DNA of 64,000 bases. Source: an uncultured Candidatus Poseidoniales archaeon. GTDB taxonomy: Archaea > Thermoplasmatota > Poseidoniia > Poseidoniales > Thalassarchaeaceae. A program made the translations under genes and the position numbers. The stretch is from contig CAXAFE010000010.1 in NCBI GenBank assembly GCA_963968165.1, positions 471-64,470 of the forward strand, in the 5' to 3' direction. This document shows positions 20,684 to 30,698 of this stretch, in pieces. The stretch's first letter is position 1; each line of letters opens with the position of its first letter. A model generated the notes under the pieces. The model did no database searches. It saw only the letters and a list, made by a program, of their open reading frames with translations, and had not been told where the DNA came from.

Positions 20684-22156
20684 ATGGAGGGAGAATGGAG
20701 AAGATATTTGGAACAATATGGGCCTGGTAAAATGCGTATCAGAAAGCATGGAAGAATGTTGACAGACGCAATAATGATTACTGATGAAAATCATATCAAA
20801 GAACACAAGGACGATAGGTCTCCAAATCAAGTAATTAATACTGCATCTCTTCCTGGGATTATAGGTAATGCTTGGGCTATGGCAGATTGGCATTTTGGAT
20901 ATGGGTTTCCAATAGGCGGAGTTGTGGCTACCGATACAGAATATGGTGAACAAGGTGGTTCCATATCACCTGGAGGAGTTGGATTTGATATCAACTGTGG
21001 AGTACGACTATGTTCTTTAGATATTGACATTAATGATGTTGACATTAAAAATCTATCAAATCAATTAGCTAAGGCCATACCATCTGGTGCAACTCGAAAG
21101 GGAGGGGCTCAGTTAGACAATACAAAACTAGAATCTATATTATCAGAAGGTGCAGGTGCGGCGGTTAATCTCGGATGGGGAGAATCAAGAGACCTACAAA
21201 ATATCGAATCAAATGGATTTCTTGATTCACAGAATAGAAATCTAAGTGAAAGAGCAATGAAAAGAGGGATGAGTGCTTTAGGCACATTGGGTTCAGGAAA
21301 TCATTTTTTGGAATTACAATTTGTGGATAAAATAGTTGATGAAACTGCTGCCAAATCTTTCGGATTAAGAAAGGGCCAGATTACTGCAATGATTCATACT
21401 GGCTCAAGAGGATTAGGTCATCAAGTATGTTCTGAGCATGTAAATTCTATTGAATCCAATTATGAAAAAAAGGGAAAAATGTGGCATTCACCAAAATGGG
21501 ATATTGAAATAGCAGATAGACAATTGGCAGCCGCGCCAATATATAGTAAGGAAGGGCAGGATTATGTAGATTCTATGAATGCTGCAGGTAATTATGCATT
21601 TGCAAATAGGTCTGCCCTAACACAGAGGCTTAGAACTGCGCTTCGGGAAATTCTAGGAAGAGATAGTGATGTTCAGTTGATATATGATGTTAGTCATAAT
21701 ATAGCAAAGATTGAGGATCATCAAGTACATGGAAAGAATTGCAAGTGTTGTGTCCATAGAAAAGGGGCGACAAGGGCATTAGGAGGAGATCATGTAGAAT
21801 TGGCTAATCGCTTCTCAGGAATAGGTCAACCGGTTTTAGTCCCTGGAGATATGGGAACTGCATCTTGGGTATTAGCAGGCCCTAAGAAAGGTTCCAATGA
21901 GGCATTCTCATCCTCTTGTCACGGAGCAGGAAGACGGTTATCTAGAACCGCTGCACGGAATTCTATTGACTCAGAACAATTAAAAAAGAATCTAGAGGAA
22001 AAGGGAATTTATGTTAATGTGAAAACACCTAACGTTCTCTCCGAAGAAGCACCAGAGGCGTATAAGAATGTTGACGAAGTAATAGATTTGACTCACAAAG
22101 CAGAATTGGCTAGACCTGTCGCAAGATTGAAGCCCTTTGCAGTCATAAAGGGGTAG
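20684..22156 (+). CDS. rtcB: RNA-splicing ligase RtcB
   Basis: GYGFPIGGV, GFDINCG, GSGNHFLE, HTGSRG, HRKGATRA, HGAGR and EEAPEAYK motifs. Confidence 0.97.
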   Translation: MEGEWRRYLEQYGPGKMRIRKHGRMLTDAIMITDENHIKEHKDDRSPNQVINTASLPGIIGNAWAMADWHFGYGFPIGGVVATDTEYGEQGGSISPGGVGFDINCGVRLCSLDIDINDVDIKNLSNQLAKAIPSGATRKGGAQLDNTKLESILSEGAGAAVNLGWGESRDLQNIESNGFLDSQNRNLSERAMKRGMSALGTLGSGNHFLELQFVDKIVDETAAKSFGLRKGQITAMIHTGSRGLGHQVCSEHVNSIESNYEKKGKMWHSPKWDIEIADRQLAAAPIYSKEGQDYVDSMNAAGNYAFANRSALTQRLRTALREILGRDSDVQLIYDVSHNIAKIEDHQVHGKNCKCCVHRKGATRALGGDHVELANRFSGIGQPVLVPGDMGTASWVLAGPKKGSNEAFSSSCHGAGRRLSRTAARNSIDSEQLKKNLEEKGIYVNVKTPNVLSEEAPEAYKNVDEVIDLTHKAELARPVARLKPFAVIKG

Positions 22157-22160
22157 TAAT

Positions 22161-22784
22161 ATGAAAGCAAATATACCTGACTACTGGGAAGTTGGAAAGA
22201 AATATTTAATTGAAAATGATTTAAAATTAAGTAAAATAATTATGTTTTATGAGGACCCTCCCCTGCAAACCAAAGATGATATGTTTATGACCTTGATACG
22301 TTCTATTGTGGGACAACAAATCTCAGTGAAGGCTGCAGATACAGTTTGGGGGAGATTAATGGATGAAATTAAAGTAATTTCGCCAGATAATATATCTTCT
22401 AAAGAAAATGAAAAACTTCAAAGTTGTGGCCTTTCACATCGAAAGGTCGAATATATTAAAGGAGTATCAAGTGTATGGATAAAGGAATATGAGGACATAG
22501 ATTGGGAAGTTTTGGGTGATGAAGAGGTCATAGAAAAACTCACTAGACTCAAAGGAGTTGGAGTATGGACCGCAGAAATGATATTAATTTTTACATTATT
22601 AAGACCTGATATATTTCCTATGGGAGATATTGGGGCCATTAGAGCATTAGAGAATATATATTTTGAAGGGCGTAAGATAAGTAAATCCGAACTTAAGACG
22701 CACACTGAACAATGGGCACCATGGAGGACTATTGCAACCTGGTATCTTTGGCGAAGTATAGATCCGGAACCTGTGCAGTATTGA
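22161..22784 (+). CDS. alkA: DNA-3-methyladenine glycosylase (AlkA/HhH-GPD family)
   Basis: SIVGQQIS, LKGVGVWTAEM, FPMGD and WAPWRT motifs. Confidence 0.9.
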   Translation: MKANIPDYWEVGKKYLIENDLKLSKIIMFYEDPPLQTKDDMFMTLIRSIVGQQISVKAADTVWGRLMDEIKVISPDNISSKENEKLQSCGLSHRKVEYIKGVSSVWIKEYEDIDWEVLGDEEVIEKLTRLKGVGVWTAEMILIFTLLRPDIFPMGDIGAIRALENIYFEGRKISKSELKTHTEQWAPWRTIATWYLWRSIDPEPVQY

Positions 22785-22958
22785 TTACATGCAGTATCCA
22801 CGTCTAGGGTGATCCGCTATCGAATTAGCAGCACCGTTTTGTACTCCATCAGCTTCTTCCATTATAATCGTAAGTAAAGTATTAACTAATGATTTTAAAT
22901 CATCCAATTCATCTCTTAAATCATCAACAGTCCTAACTTCGTCATTATTTGTGTGCAT
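22785..22958 (-). CDS. Small acidic coiled-coil protein (57 aa), not in ORF track
   Basis: Read manually: MHTNNDEVRTVDDLRDELDDLKSLVNTLLTIIMEEADGVQNGAANSIADHPRRGYCM*. Its stop abuts the alkA stop. Confidence 0.75.
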   Translation of the reverse strand: MHTNNDEVRTVDDLRDELDDLKSLVNTLLTIIMEEADGVQNGAANSIADHPRRGYCM

Positions 22959-23084
22959 CCCAATCCCATCCAGAAAGATTTCTCTCTCTATTCTCTTCTT
23001 GTTGTTCTATAGTCTATAAATGATAGAGGTCAATTAGGTGACAAAGAAGCGATAATAATAGTAAATTAATAACTCGAAATAGAT

Positions 23085-26000
23085 TTATTCATAATCATCA
23101 TCATCATCATCATCATAATAGTCCTCTCCCCTGCCTCTCATAACGAAGGCAATAATTCCAATTATTGATAAAATGACCATTCCAGATCCGATTAACCACA
23201 TTGTTGAACCTCCATCTTGGACTTGATTAGATGCCGCGACATTTATGCCTTTTATTTCTTGGTTCAAACCATTTAAATTATCAAAATCTCCATCAACGAC
23301 TATTACCAATAAAGGTTGACCTGTTTGCCATGTCTCATATTTGAACTCTGCAAGTATACTTGAACTTGAGGATGTGAGTTCTAATTCTATATCACCATTA
23401 GTTGCTGTTGTGACAGAAGGCCTCCATTGGCCATCACTTGTTTGTTCCCACAGCCCCAATGAAAATTCTCCATCTATTTTTCCTGGATTTTCCCAATATG
23501 TCACTATGTTCAAAATATCTCCTATTTGGGGGAATTTGGTAGGAGTAGTAATTTCTCTAGTATATTGGCCCATGAATTCCATAACTCTAAGAGTTGCCAC
23601 TCTGGGAGATTCTTCACTTCCCAGCCCTATTATATCATTACCAGCTTTATCATCGGAATTTATCCAAAGTGCTATTTGATCTCCGACCTGGAAGGTTATA
23701 TCGATTAATGGTGTAAAATCAACTCTTGACTGGTAGATAGTCACGCCATCATTTGAAGAAATATATGATAAAATTCCCGAATCTCCTGTACCAGTGATTT
23801 TTTGTCCTCCTCTTCTAAATTCCCAAGAAATTTGAAGGGGTCCTTCCTCCATTCCAATCTCATCTAAAATTGAAATTGTAACTAATGCTTCATCCATGAC
23901 ATCTGTCCCAATAATAGTAAAAGAAGAATCTGGGTATATATCTTGATTAAATAATGCACTAGGAGAGCCACTGTCTACTGTGAGATAAGTATCAGAATTA
24001 GTGACAGAAGTACCTAATCCTTGGATATTAATAACTTCAGTAAATATTGGCATAGTTGGATTTAGTGGAGCCCTAGAAGGCAACATAACTGATGCCTCAA
24101 ATGAACCATTAGAAGAAATCGAAGATAATGAAGATCTTTCCTCGGTACCATAGATAATTGAAACCTTGACTTCTGTGGCCTCGTCGACAGATGATAATTT
24201 ATGGCCTGATCCTGCATAATAAAGATGCCCTGAAACTGAGAATTCGTCGCCCTGTTTAAGGTATAATATATCAGTCGAAGAAGATGATAATGGCACAGTT
24301 AAATCTATTATATCTGATGGAATAGCTATTACCCTATTATCTAACTTCCAAGAAAGTGCACTTAAAACTGGAGATTCTGCTACAGTCATCAGATTATCAT
24401 CTATTGTAATTCTGGGTTTACAATCCGAGGTATCATCATCCCATGGAAAATCCCATGATAATTTGAAACCTAATTTTAATTTTGTGACAGAATTAGTAAT
24501 TTTTTCAGTTTGGAACCCTACTGGCGTAGTCATACTATCCTCAGGTGACCATAAAGTTCCTGACCATGGCTCATAGGTAAAAAGGCCTAAATTAGTCCCA
24601 TAACCGCACAACATTATTGTTATGTTATCTAACGTAATTAATCCATTGGCGTCATCTATTTGAACTGAAAAGGTATGTAATATTTCTGGGAGAAGATAAT
24701 AGTCGACATTATCTTGCGTCTTTCTATCTAAATCAAAAGCAGAATTCTGTCCTTGACCCAGCCCTATGCTGTCGCCAGCAAACTGAGTTGGTTCGTCTAC
24801 TGCGATTACTACACTGGCCCAAGAATTAGTTGCTCCTGGTCCACCACCAGTCCCCCCTTCTTGATAGTTTAGACCTGCCCAATCTGTACCTTCCAGATAG
24901 AGATGGATTGGCTCATTGTCAAGTGAGGAAACATCAATACCAATAAATTGAACTTGTTGTTGACCTGTCAAGCCAGGAGATAAGGATTGTGTTTGTGACT
25001 GGTATTCGTCTTCTGAGGCTAGTCCATTACCATCATAATCATCTATTCCCGTTCTCCAATATTTCAAAGTTATTGAATCGCCTCTTGCTTCATTTTCACT
25101 TACAGTTACGTACGCCCTGAATGGAGTAGTGGGGTCACTTACCATTCCATCAGCAAATTGTAAGCCGATCGGCGTATTAACTTGAATAGGGCCAGCAATA
25201 GGTGGATGTGTATCTACTAAGACATCTATTGGAGTAGGTTGACCAGTTACATCTTCTGCTCCATTTGAACTTGAAGGTCCTACGGCCAGTATTACTGGCG
25301 AAATTGATAACATAGATATATCTGATGGAGTAGAAACTTGGCCAAAGAATTCGCCCTCATCTCCAGTTTCCAATAGTATGATATTTCCAGATATATTTAA
25401 TCCGACAGAAAAATCAGAACTTTCGGGACGATGACTGGATGAATCCTGAAACCTTACATTTCCTGAAATATTCAGTAACCCCTCCTCCAGGATTGGAAAT
25501 GGATACAGCAGGTTATCGTAAATATTTGATATAAGTCTTCCATTATGATCGAATATATTGAAATTATCAATTTGTATATCATTTTCAACTGCTTGTGCAC
25601 CAGATTTACCACTTGATGCCTGAGCAGGCCAAATTGTATTACCATCTTCGTCATTGGCCCTTGCGGTCCATAAAATGGAATCTACGTCATCCCAATTCCA
25701 AGTAACATCAAAAATCCAATGAACAACAATGTCTTCATAGCCATCTACTCCGGACGTGTGTTCAATATAACTAGCATATGTATCTAATATTACATTTTCA
25801 GACCCAGAATATTGTGAAAAGGTAATTGATTGTCCGCCAATCCCCCATGATTGATCCACACTATTTTCTAACTTGAATTTGACAGCATTGCCATCTGATG
25901 CCAATCCTTCCAAGGTTATATCTAAAAGATTTGAATTATCATATAAGTGATGATGTGATGTAATTATTTCAACAGATTTACCATCAGGATAGAGGGTATT

Positions 26001-29000
26001 TGGGACATTAAATTCCCTATTTGTGATTATAAAATCATATAGAATATTTCCATCAATAGATATTGATCCGCTATCTGCAGTAAGCGAAACCGGTATATCA
26101 ACTTCTTGATAGTCTGGATTTTCAGTCATCATTGATTGATGATACGATGAAATCATACCTTCTAAACCGGATACATTCTCAAAAATAGTATATCCAACTC
26201 CTAATCCCGATACTGAGATAGTTTGGGCAAAATTTGTATTCAATTCTACCGATATATCTTTCCAAATTCTACCGGTATCTACATCCGTGTGAGTTGGATT
26301 AGTCAACACAATTCCGGAAATTTGTGAAGAAGAAAAAGTGTTGTAAAATATATCAGTATTTGATGGCATGGACTGAGCCGCACCAGCAATAGCAATCGTG
26401 ACAGGTCCATTGAATCCGTCGTAATCAGAAGAAACTGAAATTGTTCCTGCATTGACATATGCATCAGCAGGTATCCTAAATATTAGAGTTTCAGAATTTG
26501 ATCCATCCAAATCTATTATTTTACTTCTAATTGGTACATCTGAACTAGAATCTACAAAGGTTGATTGCCACCCATAATGTCCATACGAGTTACCTTGTAA
26601 AAAGGACCACTCAGGACTACCATCATTCAAAACATCAATCACGGGATTAGATGCAGGTGCTGCAAAAATTGAAGATATAGTCATTCTATCTATCCAAGCA
26701 TTAGTCGGTAAACTAACGGACAACCCAAATCCGGACTGAGGAGTAGAAAATGTCACTCCTCCTCCTCTGGAAGTAGAACCTAGGATTGAGCCAAATTTAT
26801 TTAAAACTGTGATAGTAACGCTGCTAGATATGTTACCACCTACATTTATTGCCTTGATAGGTCTCGATGAAGGCATAAAATCTGAAATCAAAGTTCCAGA
26901 GATTGTGGTTGCATTTAGTAGACCATCGATGACCTTTACTCCTGAACTAAATTCCCATCCATTTCCTCCAGAATCCGCATTTAAGAATCTCTTTCCTCCG
27001 ACACTTATTTTCTTGATAGAGGGAGTTGCTTCTTTGTCGGATGTAAATAAATTTACTTTTAGTTTTACTTGAGAATGAGTTGTAGAATCTATCCCAGACA
27101 ATGCAAAAGGGAATGAAATATTATCAAATCCTGGAATTACTAGCCCTGTAGAAAAGTCTATTATTTCTCCGGTGACAGATGTATTATCAGGTATTATGGC
27201 ATCGATATCTACCATACCTAAATTAAACTGATCAAATTCTGATATAGAAAAGGCTGGACTCAACCATGCTCCAGGTTCACCATAATTGGCTATTTTAACA
27301 CCTGCATTATCAATGAACCAACCTCCATATGCAACATATGAATCTGAGCCCATTGAAAATTTAAATTGAACAGTATCTCCTTGATAGTTCAACAAGCTGG
27401 CTTGCATATTTTTCATACCTCCTGACTGAGATGATTGTGAAGCAAATGTATCATAACCGTATAAATTATGATAGTTGTAACTAACTTGGCTATCATACCA
27501 ATTTCCAGGATCAAAATGTTGCCATGAACCTCCATTGACTTTGATAAATACTGCCCCTCCATCCCAATTAGGTTCCATAGCCGCCCAATGATCGAACATC
27601 AAAAACGCATTACCATTCGCAGGAATATCATACACAGGAGATGTTAGTTTGGCTTCAGTGATTCCGCCATCATAAATTCCTGTAAAAGCAATTCCATAAC
27701 AATAAGGAAATGAGGTGGCTGCTGATGGCCCTGAGTTGGAACCAATTTTATTAAGTGTCCATTTACACGTATTTGCACTACAAGAACTGGAGCCTGCTGT
27801 TGATCTAGTCCAACCTGGTGCGTCCGAAACAGACGGTGCACTTGCTGTTGAATCTTCAAAATTCATCATTATTTCTTGATTACCACGTAATAATGTATAG
27901 TGAGCCCAATCATCAGGAACTGATCCAATTGCAGAATGAGACATTGTTGAGGAAGTTTCAAAATCATCCAAAAATAAATTTGAACCACTATTGTCCACCA
28001 CCCTTAGTTCATCCACTGTTAATCCTTCGCGAGAATCTAATGTTCCGCCATAATCAGTATAATAATTTGTATTAACAACTATTCTAAGATAGACTGTATC
28101 TTGATTAAGGAATGAATTAGGTATGTCTAATGAAATAGTTCTCAAACGTCCACTTTGGTCCCCATATTCCACACCATTGTTGGCTGTATATCCAGTACCT
28201 GGGATAGCTCCTGACCTATCTGAGCAGTCCGAAGTTGTTGCTGGATTAGTTGAAGATATATCATACCATGTAATTTGATTCAATGAGACCTCTACGCATG
28301 CATTATCGTTAGCAGCACCTTCTAAATCCCATTCCATATCTATTTCAATCTTAGATGTACTATTGGAACCGGTTAGATCAATTATTCTCTCGAGAGCCCC
28401 ATAAGCATTTGCAGAATAGTAACAAGTATTAGCTGTTTGAGTATAGCAACCATGATGCCATGCACCGTAATTTACTCCGTCGTTATTAAAACGAATATTG
28501 TCGATAAACCAACCTGGCCTTTCATTCTCAGCATCGGGGTGAGTCCAAATATGGAATCTGAATTGTAATTTATCTGATGTCTCATTTACTAATGATTCTA
28601 AATCGAATGTATCTGATACCCAACCGCTATATGTTTCAGATGCAAAAACAGGAATAGCTCCGGCAGGTGCACCATTTGGATTTGGTCCATCAGTAGACAT
28701 AGTGCTAGGATATCCTGATTCAGGAGATAGATAGTTCCAATCACTCCAAGAGGTGCTATCTTTTACTCTGTATTCTACCCAGGCTCCGTCTCCATCACCA
28801 GAAGAAGTACTATCCACATGGTACCAGTGATCGAATGATAGGTAGTAATTTTCTATATCGTCATAATATGGCACATTAACTTCTGGAAGTAAGAATGAAC
28901 TGTCAGTTCCGGCAGGTAATGGTGAACCTGGCATAGTTCCAATTGCGACGACGCCACTAGATGCTGAGGAAGGTATGACTCCATAACTCATATTTTTTTG

Positions 29001-30236
29001 ATTACCATAATTAGTCCCATTCAATGGCGTAAAAGTTGTTGCCTCCCAAGTTTTATAGGTATTACAAAGGTATTCTGTATTTTGAATCTCATCGGTTCCA
29101 AGATTACGATTGCCATTATAATCAAGTCCACTTTTGACAATAAATCCACCTTGAAAACAATTTTCATTTCCACTATTTATTGGGTCAATATCTAACTCAT
29201 ATTCAAAATAAGCACCAAGATTTGCAGTAATTGAAGCTCCTGATCCAGAAGAATCACTAATAATAATTGTAGGGCTACTGGTATAATTTGAACCTTCATC
29301 TGTAATTTCCAAAGAATGAATTACTCCAGTAGATTCCAGAACCGCAAATAGATTAGCCCCACTACCGGAACCAGATATTGAAAACAGAATTGTATCGCTG
29401 GTTGTATAACCAGAACCCGAATCATCGATTGTTATGCCATCAATTGCACCATTACTGTCTACTGAGGATATTGATGCGTTTGCATCATAACCCTCGCATT
29501 GGCAACCTATTGTTAGAGAATCGCTTGTTGAGTACCCTGAACCACCATTATTGATAGATACGGAATCAACTCCTGAACTAATTTCATAAGTTCCGCTAAA
29601 TCCAGAACCTTCACCCCCAGTAGCTGATAGGTTGCCACTGTAGTAACCCTCACCTCCAGCATTGATTTCTAATTCTTGGATAGTATCATTCTTGGAGAAA
29701 GTATCGCAGTAGTACAAGGTATCTAATATCTCATCATCATCCAAAGCGACGTCAAAATCATCATCAAAGCCATGGGACAACACTTGAGCATTCTGCCCAT
29801 TACATTCAGAGACACCAGTTTGTGGACTTAATGTATAGACGTGCCTCCATCCTGGAGAATATTTATATTTGGAGTTCATGATTACGGATATATCTCCAAC
29901 ATCGAAACTGCTGATATTTGATCTAGTTCCGTCATCCTCGATTGTCAAATGTTCATTTTCATTAAGAAATGTCCCATAGAGTGTTCCTGCGGAAAAATCT
30001 GATCCATCCCATAGAATTCCAGTGTCCGATGAAGTAGCCATAGTTTCATCTGTGATATGCAACCATCCATCCATAACAGTAGAATTTCCCGGTAATTCAA
30101 ATCCTGTGATAGTTATAGAACTTCCATTTGAATTCAAGTTATTAGAAGCACCCCAATTAGAAACTCCTGCGTTTGCAAAAGGTGCAAACATCATCAATAC
30201 TACGAGAATTAAAGCCGGTCTCTTGGAGTTATGCAT
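23085..30236 (-). CDS. Giant (2383 aa) cell-surface protein
   Basis: Signal peptide; GSGY-type repeats; several jelly-roll/MAM-like modules (FDHW...DG..VE...GWFIDN); C-terminal TM helix with acidic tail. Confidence 0.85.
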   Translation of the reverse strand: MHNSKRPALILVVLMMFAPFANAGVSNWGASNNLNSNGSSITITGFELPGNSTVMDGWLHITDETMATSSDTGILWDGSDFSAGTLYGTFLNENEHLTIEDDGTRSNISSFDVGDISVIMNSKYKYSPGWRHVYTLSPQTGVSECNGQNAQVLSHGFDDDFDVALDDDEILDTLYYCDTFSKNDTIQELEINAGGEGYYSGNLSATGGEGSGFSGTYEISSGVDSVSINNGGSGYSTSDSLTIGCQCEGYDANASISSVDSNGAIDGITIDDSGSGYTTSDTILFSISGSGSGANLFAVLESTGVIHSLEITDEGSNYTSSPTIIISDSSGSGASITANLGAYFEYELDIDPINSGNENCFQGGFIVKSGLDYNGNRNLGTDEIQNTEYLCNTYKTWEATTFTPLNGTNYGNQKNMSYGVIPSSASSGVVAIGTMPGSPLPAGTDSSFLLPEVNVPYYDDIENYYLSFDHWYHVDSTSSGDGDGAWVEYRVKDSTSWSDWNYLSPESGYPSTMSTDGPNPNGAPAGAIPVFASETYSGWVSDTFDLESLVNETSDKLQFRFHIWTHPDAENERPGWFIDNIRFNNDGVNYGAWHHGCYTQTANTCYYSANAYGALERIIDLTGSNSTSKIEIDMEWDLEGAANDNACVEVSLNQITWYDISSTNPATTSDCSDRSGAIPGTGYTANNGVEYGDQSGRLRTISLDIPNSFLNQDTVYLRIVVNTNYYTDYGGTLDSREGLTVDELRVVDNSGSNLFLDDFETSSTMSHSAIGSVPDDWAHYTLLRGNQEIMMNFEDSTASAPSVSDAPGWTRSTAGSSSCSANTCKWTLNKIGSNSGPSAATSFPYCYGIAFTGIYDGGITEAKLTSPVYDIPANGNAFLMFDHWAAMEPNWDGGAVFIKVNGGSWQHFDPGNWYDSQVSYNYHNLYGYDTFASQSSQSGGMKNMQASLLNYQGDTVQFKFSMGSDSYVAYGGWFIDNAGVKIANYGEPGAWLSPAFSISEFDQFNLGMVDIDAIIPDNTSVTGEIIDFSTGLVIPGFDNISFPFALSGIDSTTHSQVKLKVNLFTSDKEATPSIKKISVGGKRFLNADSGGNGWEFSSGVKVIDGLLNATTISGTLISDFMPSSRPIKAINVGGNISSSVTITVLNKFGSILGSTSRGGGVTFSTPQSGFGLSVSLPTNAWIDRMTISSIFAAPASNPVIDVLNDGSPEWSFLQGNSYGHYGWQSTFVDSSSDVPIRSKIIDLDGSNSETLIFRIPADAYVNAGTISVSSDYDGFNGPVTIAIAGAAQSMPSNTDIFYNTFSSSQISGIVLTNPTHTDVDTGRIWKDISVELNTNFAQTISVSGLGVGYTIFENVSGLEGMISSYHQSMMTENPDYQEVDIPVSLTADSGSISIDGNILYDFIITNREFNVPNTLYPDGKSVEIITSHHHLYDNSNLLDITLEGLASDGNAVKFKLENSVDQSWGIGGQSITFSQYSGSENVILDTYASYIEHTSGVDGYEDIVVHWIFDVTWNWDDVDSILWTARANDEDGNTIWPAQASSGKSGAQAVENDIQIDNFNIFDHNGRLISNIYDNLLYPFPILEEGLLNISGNVRFQDSSSHRPESSDFSVGLNISGNIILLETGDEGEFFGQVSTPSDISMLSISPVILAVGPSSSNGAEDVTGQPTPIDVLVDTHPPIAGPIQVNTPIGLQFADGMVSDPTTPFRAYVTVSENEARGDSITLKYWRTGIDDYDGNGLASEDEYQSQTQSLSPGLTGQQQVQFIGIDVSSLDNEPIHLYLEGTDWAGLNYQEGGTGGGPGATNSWASVVIAVDEPTQFAGDSIGLGQGQNSAFDLDRKTQDNVDYYLLPEILHTFSVQIDDANGLITLDNITIMLCGYGTNLGLFTYEPWSGTLWSPEDSMTTPVGFQTEKITNSVTKLKLGFKLSWDFPWDDDTSDCKPRITIDDNLMTVAESPVLSALSWKLDNRVIAIPSDIIDLTVPLSSSSTDILYLKQGDEFSVSGHLYYAGSGHKLSSVDEATEVKVSIIYGTEERSSLSSISSNGSFEASVMLPSRAPLNPTMPIFTEVINIQGLGTSVTNSDTYLTVDSGSPSALFNQDIYPDSSFTIIGTDVMDEALVTISILDEIGMEEGPLQISWEFRRGGQKITGTGDSGILSYISSNDGVTIYQSRVDFTPLIDITFQVGDQIALWINSDDKAGNDIIGLGSEESPRVATLRVMEFMGQYTREITTPTKFPQIGDILNIVTYWENPGKIDGEFSLGLWEQTSDGQWRPSVTTATNGDIELELTSSSSSILAEFKYETWQTGQPLLVIVVDGDFDNLNGLNQEIKGINVAASNQVQDGGSTMWLIGSGMVILSIIGIIAFVMRGRGEDYYDDDDDDDYE

Positions 30237-30350
30237 GGTACTCTGTATATTAGGTAGATTATCAAGTTAATTACTTAAAAAGTCAGTTTATGTATTTGAA
30301 TTACATGAAATGAATAGTCATAGTATAAAACTGATAAAAATAATCATAAT

Positions 30351-30425
30351 TGGAGCCACTGGGGAGAATTGAACTCCCGACCTTCCCATTACCAATGGGA
30401 TGCTATACCCCTAAGCCACAGTGGC
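30351..30425 (-). tRNA. tRNA-Thr (GGT)
   Basis: Reverse complement GCCACTG...TCCCA-TT-GGT-AA-TGGGA...GTTCAATTC...CAGTGGC-T-CCA. Confidence 0.96.
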
Positions 30426-30534
30426 GATGTACACTCGTGCCACAATTTCGATTTAATGACTGCGTAAGGAGAGTCAAAAGTCAAATCTCAATAGCAACAG
30501 CCTCAAAATGTAAACAACTCTCGGATGTAAAGAA

Positions 30535-30620
30535 GCCGAGATCGCATAGCCTGGTATTGCGCATGACTGGAAATCATGTGGGATTTTCCCTCGGGAGTTC
30601 AAATCTCTCTCTCGGCGCCA
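30535..30620 (+). tRNA. tRNA-Ser (GGA)
   Basis: GCCGAGA/TCTCGGC acceptor, CATGA-CT-GGA-AA-TCATG anticodon arm, long variable arm, terminal GCCA. Confidence 0.96.
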
Positions 30621-30698
30621 TAAATTAATACCTCAAAAAAAGTAATTTATGTGCAAATATACACGCATCTTAATTCAGCATTGATGACACGGTAGGTT

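Noticed and set aside
23095-23117. (TCA)n trinucleotide run
   Set aside because: It encodes the poly-Asp tail of the giant surface protein and is not an independent repeat element.
30350-30628. 92-aa ORF in the track
   Set aside because: It overlaps tRNA-Thr and tRNA-Ser, so it is spurious.
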